Source: Candidatus Thorarchaeota archaeon (GTDB lineage Archaea; Asgardarchaeota; Thorarchaeia; Thorarchaeales; Thorarchaeaceae). Taken from it: 64,000 nucleotides of DNA. The notes under the pieces were generated by a model that had not been told where the DNA came from, ran no database searches, and worked only from the letters and a program-made list of their open reading frames with translations. Where the stretch lies: NCBI GenBank assembly GCA_048882485.1, contig JBHLRP010000008.1, positions 13,671 through 77,670 of the forward strand, in the 5' to 3' direction. Below, in pieces: positions 50,148 through 58,140 of the stretch. Each line of letters begins with the position of its first letter. Position 1 is the first letter of the stretch. The position numbers and the translations under genes were made by a program.

Positions 50148-50166
50148 GTTAAATCACTCTAGTTTC

Positions 50167-50267
50167 GGAGTAACAGGTTTGCAAAACGAGTAGGGGTCAT
50201 CCGGGAATCGGCCCGGGAATCGGGATCGTATTCATTGGTGACGACAGGCTCGTCTTACCTGCACTCC
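50167..50267 (-). ncRNA. putative structured 5' leader of the ssb mRNA
   Basis: Nested stems GGAGU/ACUCC, GCAGGU/ACCUGU, GACGAG/CUCGUU, GUCGUC/GAUGAC and CCGGG/CCCGG. TTTATTA lies about 25 nt upstream. Confidence 0.6.
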
Positions 50268-50323
50268 TAGACCACTCAGTTTTCCTAATAAAGCTGTGTG
50301 AGGGGTCGAAATGTCATCTATCC

Positions 50324-50788
50324 CTAGCCTAGCTTCTGAGGAGGATTCAATCTACTCACGTAATACATGCCAGCGATTAGGACCAGAGGTCCCAGGAAGA
50401 TAATTGCAGAGCCAATACTCCAGAGAAAGCTGAACTCAGCATTCAGATTGACCAGAATATTCCCCGAGATGAACATGATAATCCCGGATAGCATGATGAT
50501 GATTCCAGGTTTCGTGTCCCTCTCTTCAATCACAGGCTCAGGAGCAGATGCAACAGTTGGTGCATCAGATGTCTTGACATCAGATTTGTAGAAGCGGGTT
50601 CCATCTGATGTCAGTCTTCCAGATAGCTTGCCTTCCTCTACCAGCTCCATGAGCATCTTCTGAGTCGCTTCAGGTGATAGGCCAATCCGCGAGCTCAACA
50701 TGTCTATTGAACTAACATTGTTCTCCACAAGGTCAACTAGATTAACTGCACTCTCCGAACGAATGCTTGTCGTTTCGCCACCTATCAT
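50324..50788 (-). CDS. winged-helix (PCI-like) domain protein with two C-terminal TMs
   Basis: SIDMLSSRIGLS...MELVEEGKLSGRL winged helix followed by two hydrophobic helices. Confidence 0.7.
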   Translation of the reverse strand: MIGGETTSIRSESAVNLVDLVENNVSSIDMLSSRIGLSPEATQKMLMELVEEGKLSGRLTSDGTRFYKSDVKTSDAPTVASAPEPVIEERDTKPGIIIMLSGIIMFISGNILVNLNAEFSFLWSIGSAIIFLGPLVLIAGMYYVSRLNPPQKLG

Positions 50789-50943
50789 TGTCCATCACAA
50801 TTGAAAACACACCGAGTCAGAATATAACACATAGCCACTATCTAGGCTCACAATTAAGGTTCACATGTTGTGGACTCGAGTAGTGACTTCTCGTTTTCGT
50901 TCAGCGCAATTCTACAGACGCGTCAATTCTTAATTCACAATAC

Positions 50944-50974
50944 TTATATAAAGTATTATGTAATACTATTACAT
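50944..50974 (+). promoter_or_regulatory. TATA box and palindromic operator, copy 1
   Basis: TTATATA at 50944; ATGTAAT-ACT-ATTACAT at 50958-50974. Confidence 0.7.
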
Positions 50975-51026
50975 GAAAGACTGAATCTGCTGGTGTTCGA
51001 GCGGTGACAGTCACGAGGTGAGATGG

Positions 51027-51170
51027 ATGACTAACAAGAAGAATCGCAAATGGTGGAGTCGGATTGCCAGGCGTATTGCCAAGCGCTACAGGAATGAAAC
51101 GATCTATCGCGAATACACGCGAAGCCCTGGCTGGCCCAGTGTGGCGTTTTGGTCAAGTCTGTACAAGTGA
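51027..51170 (+). CDS. 47-aa cationic, Trp-rich micropeptide (copy 1)
   Basis: MTNKKNRKWWSRIARRIAKRYRNETIYREYTRSPGWPSVAFWSSLYK. GAGGTGA site upstream; paralogous to 51296-51400. Confidence 0.75.
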   Translation: MTNKKNRKWWSRIARRIAKRYRNETIYREYTRSPGWPSVAFWSSLYK

Positions 51171-51210
51171 TAAGACACTGAATGACAATCATAATACGAT
51201 TCCGCAATAC

Positions 51211-51241
51211 TTATAAAGAGGAATACGTAATACAATTACGT
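51211..51241 (+). promoter_or_regulatory. TATA box and palindromic operator, copy 2
   Basis: TTATAAA at 51211; ACGTAAT-ACA-ATTACGT at 51225-51241. Confidence 0.7.
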
Positions 51242-51295
51242 GGAAAACTGAAACCGCGCGGGAGACCGGGCGGTGACAGCCACGAGGTGATATAA

Positions 51296-51400
51296 ATGAC
51301 AGACAGGATAAATCGCAATCAGTCGAAGAGGATTGGCAGGCGAATTGGAAGGCGCTTCACGCATGAGTCGATCTATCACGACTACTTTGCTGAGGCATAG
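51296..51400 (+). CDS. 34-aa Arg-rich micropeptide (copy 2)
   Basis: MTDRINRNQSKRIGRRIGRRFTHESIYHDYFAEA. GAGGTGA site upstream; 14/30 identical to copy 1, with synonymous codon changes. Confidence 0.7.
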   Translation: MTDRINRNQSKRIGRRIGRRFTHESIYHDYFAEA

Positions 51401-51459
51401 ATGATGGCCTCTTGCGTGTGATGATCATGTCTGGACAAGCAAAAAGGAAGTAGGTTATT

Positions 51460-51558
51460 ATGGCAATCGAAAAGAATGAAAAGAGAAAGAAGGCATACAG
51501 AAAGCAGATCCATAGTACTAGAGCTATCGCATGGGCTTACCAGTATAAGGCCGGGTAG
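51460..51558 (+). CDS. 32-aa basic micropeptide
   Basis: MAIEKNEKRKKAYRKQIHSTRAIAWAYQYKAG; AGGT upstream. Confidence 0.45.
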   Translation: MAIEKNEKRKKAYRKQIHSTRAIAWAYQYKAG

Positions 51559-51600
51559 TGAAGATGGCTCTTTTGGAGCTCTTTATTCTTAGCGCTTCTA

Positions 51601-51660
51601 GTGAGCCCGTGCTTATGTCCTCAGGGGCATGAGCACTCTCACACATTTTGTGTTTCTTAA
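51601..51660 (+). terminator. 3' hairpin and T-rich tract closing the micropeptide locus
   Basis: GTGCTTATGTCC/GGGCATGAGCAC 12-bp stem (two G-U on the plus strand), extended by GTGAG/CTCAC, then TTTTGTGTTTCTT. Confidence 0.55.
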
Positions 51661-51668
51661 AACTCGAC

Positions 51669-52106
51669 TCATTTTGTGTATCGTTTCTTGAGATTCTTGA
51701 ACCATTCAGGGACCACTGCATGATCAACTCTGTCGGATGAAGGGAGATAGGGCTTGATATCCATAATAGGAGTTTCGTCCTTGGCGTCTATCTGGTCTAT
51801 CTCTATGGCTCTTTTTTCTTCATACAGGCCAAGAAGTTTCACGATTGAAAGGCAAAGGAGATTTGGCCTTGCAGGAGAGCGGCTAGCAAAGACACCGGAT
51901 AGCTCTGCCCCTTCAGCAGGGGGTATATCCTGTAGATGCGTTCTATGCTCAGGCATGTCGAAGCCAGTTGCCCACCATATCACATGAATGTGAGAGAACT
52001 TGTCTACATTCAATGTACCATCCCAGAACTTAGAGCCAATCTGCAAGAATATCCTCCCATCGTCATGCTTCTTCACAAATCCTATTGGCTCAATCTTGAA
52101 CTCCAT
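51669..52106 (-). CDS. tsaA: TsaA/TrmO family (tRNA t6A37 N6-methyltransferase-like)
   Basis: PIGFV, FSHI, GVFASRSPARPN and TPIMDIKPY motifs. Confidence 0.88.
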   Translation of the reverse strand: MEFKIEPIGFVKKHDDGRIFLQIGSKFWDGTLNVDKFSHIHVIWWATGFDMPEHRTHLQDIPPAEGAELSGVFASRSPARPNLLCLSIVKLLGLYEEKRAIEIDQIDAKDETPIMDIKPYLPSSDRVDHAVVPEWFKNLKKRYTK

Positions 52107-52115
52107 TTTTCCACC

Positions 52116-53411
52116 TCATTTTGCTACAACTGCTCGAATCGCGGAAAGCGTATTCTCAATGTCATCCTTTGTATGAGAGAAAGACATCGCTCCAAGTCCA
52201 TGATAACCATAGATTCCCTCTTGCATCAAGAGGCTCTGGAACTTGTCGAGCGCATCATGATCCAGCTGATTGCCAATATCCGTGCCTGTGCGTGGAGGTT
52301 TCTCCATCCTATTGTAAAGCGTGTGTATATAGATTAGTGACCCGTGGCCCGTGGATATTGCCTTGTATTTGTGTTCGTTAAGGATCTTGTTTATTTCATT
52401 TCTGAAATCCGTGCATCTTTTGTTCAAGGCTGGATACATATCTTTCTTATCTCTGAGCTGGTCTAGTGTCGCACATCCTGCAGTCATTGCTAATGGATGA
52501 CTTGAGAAGGTGCCTCCACCAACCCATCGGCCTCCTTGTGCACCAGGAGTAGCAAGGCTCATGACATCCTCTCGTCCACCATAGACACCCAGATGCATCC
52601 CGCCGCCCACGATTTTCCCCATTGTCATAATGTCTGGAATCACACCAAACTCATTCTCCCCTGCAGAGCCATACGAGAATCTGAACCCTGTTATTATTTC
52701 GTCGAAGATCAGCAGGATTCCCCGACTCTCAGTTTCTTCACGAAGGTATGGTAAGAAGTCAGCATCAGGAGGAACTGCGCCACCCGCACCGAGGACGGGC
52801 TCAATTATCACAGCAGCAAGCTCAGTCCCATGTTCTTTCATAAGAATATCAAAACTGTCTTCGTCATTGAAGTTGAATGAAACGCCATTGAAGTAGGCAT
52901 CATCCGTGTATGGTGATTTGAGGTGATATGCCAAAGCGTCGTTGCCGCCATGCCAGCCACCAAGAGTCTTTGCTACAAACTTCTTCTTTGTAAAGAGCCG
53001 CGCTAGTCGAGTAGCATACATCGTTGATTCCGCACCTGTTGAACAGAAGCGCATCTTCTCAAGGAAGGTTACCGCCTCTTTGAGCTTCTCAGCTAGCAGA
53101 ACCATCTGCTCGTTGAGACCGCCAAAATGTATCCCTTGTTCGATCTGTGCTGCGAGAGCTTCCCGCACAGCTGGATTATTGTGTCCAAGGATTTGAGCGT
53201 AATGCGTCATCCACCAATCAATGTACTCATTGCCGTCAAGATCCCAGACATGTGAGCCGTTTCCACGCTTGATGTACGGTGGATAAGCTCCACAGCTATC
53301 AAGCCCGAAAGTTCTGATGTTGTGGTTGATTCCGCCACAGAATAGACCCACAGCTCTCTCCCAGAGGTTCCTAGAGGCTGGAGTTCTCTCCTTGTACTTC
53401 TCAATCGCCAT
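52116..53411 (-). CDS. class III aminotransferase (glutamate-1-semialdehyde aminomutase-like)
   Basis: WDLDGNEYID, ILGH, STGAES, IFDEIITGFR, GKIVGGG and GTFS motifs. Confidence 0.9.
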   Translation of the reverse strand: MAIEKYKERTPASRNLWERAVGLFCGGINHNIRTFGLDSCGAYPPYIKRGNGSHVWDLDGNEYIDWWMTHYAQILGHNNPAVREALAAQIEQGIHFGGLNEQMVLLAEKLKEAVTFLEKMRFCSTGAESTMYATRLARLFTKKKFVAKTLGGWHGGNDALAYHLKSPYTDDAYFNGVSFNFNDEDSFDILMKEHGTELAAVIIEPVLGAGGAVPPDADFLPYLREETESRGILLIFDEIITGFRFSYGSAGENEFGVIPDIMTMGKIVGGGMHLGVYGGREDVMSLATPGAQGGRWVGGGTFSSHPLAMTAGCATLDQLRDKKDMYPALNKRCTDFRNEINKILNEHKYKAISTGHGSLIYIHTLYNRMEKPPRTGTDIGNQLDHDALDKFQSLLMQEGIYGYHGLGAMSFSHTKDDIENTLSAIRAVVAK

Positions 53412-53483
53412 GAGAGTCACCTTGCTAAATGCGATTTTTTCACTACCCGGCTGCGATTTATTCTTTGGGTAAACTAGTTCACC

Positions 53484-55115
53484 CTACATGCTGTGACGAA
53501 GTACAACTCCAGGTAGCTCGTCTGTCTGTTTTCCATCGCTCACAACTTGTGTTCCATTTACAAAGACTTCATGAATGCCCTCGGGAAACTGATGGGAGTC
53601 TGTGAATGTTGCCCTATCAACCACGGTCATTGGATCAAACACGACAAGGTCGGCAACCATGCCTGCTTGTATTCTTCCTCTGTCATCAAGCCCCAGCTGT
53701 TTTGCAGGGAATCCTGTCATCTTCCAAATTGCATTTTCAAGAGTCAAAAGACCCTCCTCCCTGACATATTTCCCTAGAATTCGTGGGTAGGTACCATAGA
53801 AGCGCGGATGGGGCTTTCCATATCCCAGAACACCTGTTGGGGATACACCTTCTCCATCGGTTCCAACCATTGTGTATGGAAACCTCATAATTCTGTGAAT
53901 GTCTTCCTCTCCCATGCTCTGCATTGTCATTCCAACTTCTCCTTTCTCGTCTAGAAGGAGCTCGACGAGCATTTCAAAGGGATTGGAATACCCCCTCCGC
54001 GTTGCGATGGCTTGAAGACTGTGTCCTTCAATACCCGTCCATTTCTCTGTCTTCGTGGATGAGATAAAGACGCCCTCCCATCCAGCCTCCTTGATTATGT
54101 TCTCCCATCCCTCAATCCCAGTCTCAATGTCATTTTCGATTTGTTTCCGTATTTTCGTATCTTGCAGATTCTCAAGAATCGCATCAATTCCTCCCTCATG
54201 AGCCCAAGGTGGTAGTACAGTTATGAGCGAGGTTGCTCCTCGATTGTAGGGATATTGATCACATGCAATCATAAGCCCCTTCTCATTGGCCTCTGCAATC
54301 ATCCTCAGTGTAGTTTCACTGGCGCCCCAGAAGAGTTTGCCCGCAACCTTGTGATGTGCAATCTGCCCACCTCTGCATCCAGAGTCTTTTACAATGTCGA
54401 TCAGTTCCTTTACAGCCTGAATAAGAGTTGCCCCTTCTCCTCTAATGTGCGAGAAATAGAGTCCGTGGTATTGAGCTACTACCTTAGCCAGTTCCAGAAT
54501 CTCTGATGTATCCGCATAGACCTGAGGAGCATAGATTAACCCCGTGCTTAATCCAAATGCTCCTGCCTCCATTGCCTCTTTTGTCAGTATCTTCATTCCT
54601 TCTAACTCGTCTGAGGTGGGATTGCGATTCTCATATCCGGGCCCAGCTGCTATTCGTACAGCTCCAAATCCAACCAGCGGCACGATATTCATGGAAGTTT
54701 TGTTATTTTCCAAGGATTCGAGGTATTCCTTGAATGTCCTCCACGTGATGTTAACATCTTGGCTTGGGGGTGCAAAGAGCTCAATCTCTTTCTTCATTAA
54801 GTCGATTCTTTCTTCATTCACAGGAGCCAAGGAAAAACCGCAATTGCCAATGACAGAAGTAGTAACACCTTGTCTAATCATGGACTCTAGTCGATTATCA
54901 AATAGCAGAGCCATATCGTTATGACTATGCATGTCAATGAAACCGGGAGCGCAGGCAAGTCCCTCCCCTTCAATGATTATCTTTGAGTCAAACCTAGTTT
55001 CTCCAATATCAGCGAACAGGCCATCTCGGATACCGATATCTCTCTTAAATCCGGAGCAACCAGTTCCATCGAAGATTGTCGCACCCTTTACCAGAATATC
55101 ATACTCATCGCCCAT
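53484..55115 (-). CDS. N-acyl-D-amino-acid deacylase (D-aminoacylase)
   Basis: PGFIDMHSH, GNCG, STGLIY, HIRGE, YPY, GTDG and HPRFYGTYPR motifs. Confidence 0.92.
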   Translation of the reverse strand: MGDEYDILVKGATIFDGTGCSGFKRDIGIRDGLFADIGETRFDSKIIIEGEGLACAPGFIDMHSHNDMALLFDNRLESMIRQGVTTSVIGNCGFSLAPVNEERIDLMKKEIELFAPPSQDVNITWRTFKEYLESLENNKTSMNIVPLVGFGAVRIAAGPGYENRNPTSDELEGMKILTKEAMEAGAFGLSTGLIYAPQVYADTSEILELAKVVAQYHGLYFSHIRGEGATLIQAVKELIDIVKDSGCRGGQIAHHKVAGKLFWGASETTLRMIAEANEKGLMIACDQYPYNRGATSLITVLPPWAHEGGIDAILENLQDTKIRKQIENDIETGIEGWENIIKEAGWEGVFISSTKTEKWTGIEGHSLQAIATRRGYSNPFEMLVELLLDEKGEVGMTMQSMGEEDIHRIMRFPYTMVGTDGEGVSPTGVLGYGKPHPRFYGTYPRILGKYVREEGLLTLENAIWKMTGFPAKQLGLDDRGRIQAGMVADLVVFDPMTVVDRATFTDSHQFPEGIHEVFVNGTQVVSDGKQTDELPGVVLRHSM

Positions 55116-55285
55116 TACCAATCACTTCCGATGCGGACTCTGTTGGATGTTCCAACTCGTTTTGCTTCAATGACATAAACAGTTCGGCTTATTCTTCGTC
55201 ACACATCCGAACATCTATAACAAAAAAGATGCGGGTTTCTTTAACCTCCATTTAGGAGGAAAGCACGACAAGGCTGATTCTGGAA

Positions 55286-56683
55286 ATGGATGACCTTCAG
55301 GAAAATGTCGCAGCAGAGCCCGTAATACAGGAGAGGGCTGAGGAAGACGATGTCTCAGCTTTATCTTGGTGGCAATCAGTCAAGAAGGTCTTGAGCAATC
55401 GAAATTGGGCTATCTATCTTGGGACCGTTTGGATCTATAGCAGTATGAATGTGCTGAACCAGTACTTCACTCTGTATTTCCGCGACATAGGTGTATCATA
55501 CGTCATGGTCGGAATTGTAATCTCACTCATGTTCGTAGTGAACATGATTGGCACAACATTCTCTGGATATATTGCGGACAACTTCGACCGTCGGAGACTC
55601 TCAGGAATAACCTTGACGATCAATGGATTCGCATTCATCATGCTTTCTTTTGCAACAGAGATTATTGCAATAGTTATTGCTATCATAATCTTTGGATTGT
55701 CTTCTTTCACTAGCACTGGTGGACAAGCTTATAGTATGGAACAGATTGACAGACGACTGGGTGGAGTCGCAAATAGCCTGTTCACTTTAGGTACAACTTG
55801 GGGTCTGGTTCCTCTGCTCGTTGTAACAATCTTGCTGGACATTGGGACTCCATTTGTCTCTGTAATCCAGATGCTGATGTTTGCGGCAGGGATTCTGTTT
55901 CTAATCTCCGCGCTCATTAGGTTCACAGTGTTGAAATCTCTTCCAAGACCGGAACGGGTCAAGAAGGAAGGCAATATCCTGCGGGACTTTCTTGGCGAAA
56001 ATGTACGTGGCCTGAAGCTCCTGTTCAAGGTGTTTCCAGTATTCGTCCTTATAATCGGTCTGGATGCGTTTAGTGACTCCTTCTATAGGTTTGCGAGTTG
56101 GTATTTTGTCAATGAGACTCTCTCATTCACAATTGGTGAGATCAATCTCATGATTTTGGTAACCCTTGCATTCTCAGTCCCATTGACGCTATATCTTGGT
56201 CGTATATTCGACCAGAGAGGAGGAAGGGAGCTTACAATTGCTGTCTATGCTGTTATGCCCATAGCGGTTGGCCTTCTAGTGCTAGCTGTGCAAGTGCCCT
56301 ATATAGCTCCTATTGAATGGCTGGTTGCAGCTGACAATGTGTTTCCAGGTCTACGCGTAGTCTTCTCACTAGCCTTCATTGCTACAGCTCTGAAGACAAT
56401 CAATGATACCCTATGGTTCTCCATCCTTGGCACCTATATCCTGAAATCATTACCTCGGCCAGATTTGGGGAAGATGCTAAGCTTGACCATGGTCGTTGTA
56501 TTCCTATTCATCTCAGTAGGTCCAATTCCTGCTGGATTCATCTACGACGCATTTCAGGGCCTTCCACTGCTTCTCTCAGTAATAGCTATCAATGTGTGTA
56601 TTCTCATAGTGCTCATCACTAGGAGCATTGAGCCAAGAATTGATGTTGAAGAATTAGAACGTGAGCACGATCTCCAAGTCTAG
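55286..56683 (+). CDS. MFS transporter
   Basis: Motif A in both halves (GYIADNFDRRR and GRIFDQRGGR); about 12 TMs. Confidence 0.88.
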   Translation: MDDLQENVAAEPVIQERAEEDDVSALSWWQSVKKVLSNRNWAIYLGTVWIYSSMNVLNQYFTLYFRDIGVSYVMVGIVISLMFVVNMIGTTFSGYIADNFDRRRLSGITLTINGFAFIMLSFATEIIAIVIAIIIFGLSSFTSTGGQAYSMEQIDRRLGGVANSLFTLGTTWGLVPLLVVTILLDIGTPFVSVIQMLMFAAGILFLISALIRFTVLKSLPRPERVKKEGNILRDFLGENVRGLKLLFKVFPVFVLIIGLDAFSDSFYRFASWYFVNETLSFTIGEINLMILVTLAFSVPLTLYLGRIFDQRGGRELTIAVYAVMPIAVGLLVLAVQVPYIAPIEWLVAADNVFPGLRVVFSLAFIATALKTINDTLWFSILGTYILKSLPRPDLGKMLSLTMVVVFLFISVGPIPAGFIYDAFQGLPLLLSVIAINVCILIVLITRSIEPRIDVEELEREHDLQV

Positions 56684-56727
56684 CCTGTCCGGAAGGAATA
56701 TGATGGAGGAATTGCTTACCTCTTCTT

Positions 56728-57774
56728 GTGATGAAGATGTCAGATACACTGACCGTTGGAACAGCTGAAGCAAAGAGAGGCCAATTGGCAAAGGGTGTCA
56801 TTAGAGGCATTGAACTCAATACGTCTGACCGAATTGACATCCCTGTCCTGGTGATGAATGGCACGCGAGATGGACCAATACTTCTAGTGGTATCAACACA
56901 GCATGGCATTGAGATACAAGGAGTTGAGGTCATACACAAGGTCATGCGTGAGAGGGTGAATCCAGAGCAGCTGCGAGGTGCGATCATAGGCATTCCCGTG
57001 GAGAACCCTCTGGCATACATGCATCATCAATATCTATCTTGGGTTGACAATCAAGATCTCGGAGGCGGAGGCAGTGCAAGTCCACTTACAGCAGACAAGC
57101 CTGATGGAACAGCGACTGAACGCCTCGCTCACGCCCTTTGGACCGAGGCATGGTCCAAGGCAGACTTGGTGATCAATATTCACTGCAATACACGTCCTGA
57201 TTCTCTCATCTTTCAAGAAATCTTGGTTGGAAATCCCAAGACTAAAGATGCCCTGTGGAAGATGGCAAAGGCATTTGGAGTCACCACTATTGTTGATGAA
57301 ACCCCCTTTGAAGAGGATTCGCCACCAACTCTTGCAAATCTAGTTTCTAAGAAAGGAGTTCCTGACCTTCTTATGGAGCTCATTGATGGAAGATGGATAT
57401 CTGATCCTTCGACCACCGCAGGTGTGAGAGGCGTTCTTAACATCATGAAGGCCTTCGATATGCTGGATGGAGAGATCGAACCCCAAGAGGGCTTCCCAAT
57501 CATAGAAGGTGAATGCAAGTGGGAAGGCATCATACGGGCAAACAGAGGTGGGCTAATTCGCTTTCTGAAGACACCTGGCGAGTTTCTGAAGAAGGGAGAG
57601 AAGTTTGCTGAGATATATGATCTCTATGGAGATGTTCTTGAAGAGGTCACCATTCCTATTGATGGTTACATCTGGGCTTATCCATGTGGAGATATCCTAG
57701 GCACACCGGGATCTATGCAAACAGTGCAGACTGGAGCTAATGTCGCGTATTGCTTTACGAGTTCGGAACAGTAA
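56728..57774 (+). CDS. succinylglutamate desuccinylase/aspartoacylase family protein
   Basis: QHGIE, IPVENP and INIHC motifs; C-terminal biotinyl-like domain. Confidence 0.85.
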   Translation: MMKMSDTLTVGTAEAKRGQLAKGVIRGIELNTSDRIDIPVLVMNGTRDGPILLVVSTQHGIEIQGVEVIHKVMRERVNPEQLRGAIIGIPVENPLAYMHHQYLSWVDNQDLGGGGSASPLTADKPDGTATERLAHALWTEAWSKADLVINIHCNTRPDSLIFQEILVGNPKTKDALWKMAKAFGVTTIVDETPFEEDSPPTLANLVSKKGVPDLLMELIDGRWISDPSTTAGVRGVLNIMKAFDMLDGEIEPQEGFPIIEGECKWEGIIRANRGGLIRFLKTPGEFLKKGEKFAEIYDLYGDVLEEVTIPIDGYIWAYPCGDILGTPGSMQTVQTGANVAYCFTSSEQ

Positions 57775-57860
57775 TGAACGCCAAGAGCACTTGCCTAGGG
57801 AAAGGCTCTCTGACCAGCATCCTTTTAGAGGCCGACGACTGTGCAGCGTGGATGGTCGAA

Positions 57861-58136
57861 ATGTCGAAGATTAAAGTGACCGTTGAGAGAATAGATGGAC
57901 ACTGTAACCTTCCTGTGCTTGTGGGCGATCACTTCTTTGTAGATGGGTCAAGGCTCAGTGTTCCAAAAGACAGCAATGTTTGCATATGGGCATTGCAAAG
58001 CATGATGCCTGTGTTTCCGATATACAATGTAAAGAAGAATCTGCCAGATGACCATTGGGTAAAGAGTGTGAAGCATTTCACTTGCCCGGATCCAGAGGGC
58101 AGAGTCATTTTCCGACTCGAGGCCCTTGAGGAATAA
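57861..58136 (+). CDS. TIGR04076 family small Cys protein
   Basis: KVTVERIDGHC...VGD.F...CIWAL...CPDP motif. Confidence 0.8.
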   Translation: MSKIKVTVERIDGHCNLPVLVGDHFFVDGSRLSVPKDSNVCIWALQSMMPVFPIYNVKKNLPDDHWVKSVKHFTCPDPEGRVIFRLEALEE

Positions 58137-58140
58137 TCTC

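Larger units (their letters stand above)
50935..51440 (+). repeat. tandem duplication (period about 267 bp) of a promoter-leader-micropeptide unit
   Basis: CAATACTTATA, GTAATAC.ATTAC, ACTGAA, GCGGTGACAG.CACGAGGTGA, AATCGCAA, GATCTATC and TCA.GTCTG.ACAAG all occur in both copies. Confidence 0.9.

Noticed and set aside
50973-51170. Selenoprotein reading MKD-U-ICWC... in frame with micropeptide 1
   Set aside because: The equivalent start in copy 2 is out of frame (56 nt) and meets further stops. Both copies have a well-spaced GAGGTGA before the downstream ATG, and I saw no SECIS nearby.
50935-51440. CRISPR array, or c-di-GMP-I riboswitch in the repeated leaders
   Set aside because: There are only two long diverged units containing ORFs and no cas genes. 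The resemblance to the GEMM motif is limited to GACAGC and lacks its first hairpin and GCAAA motifs.
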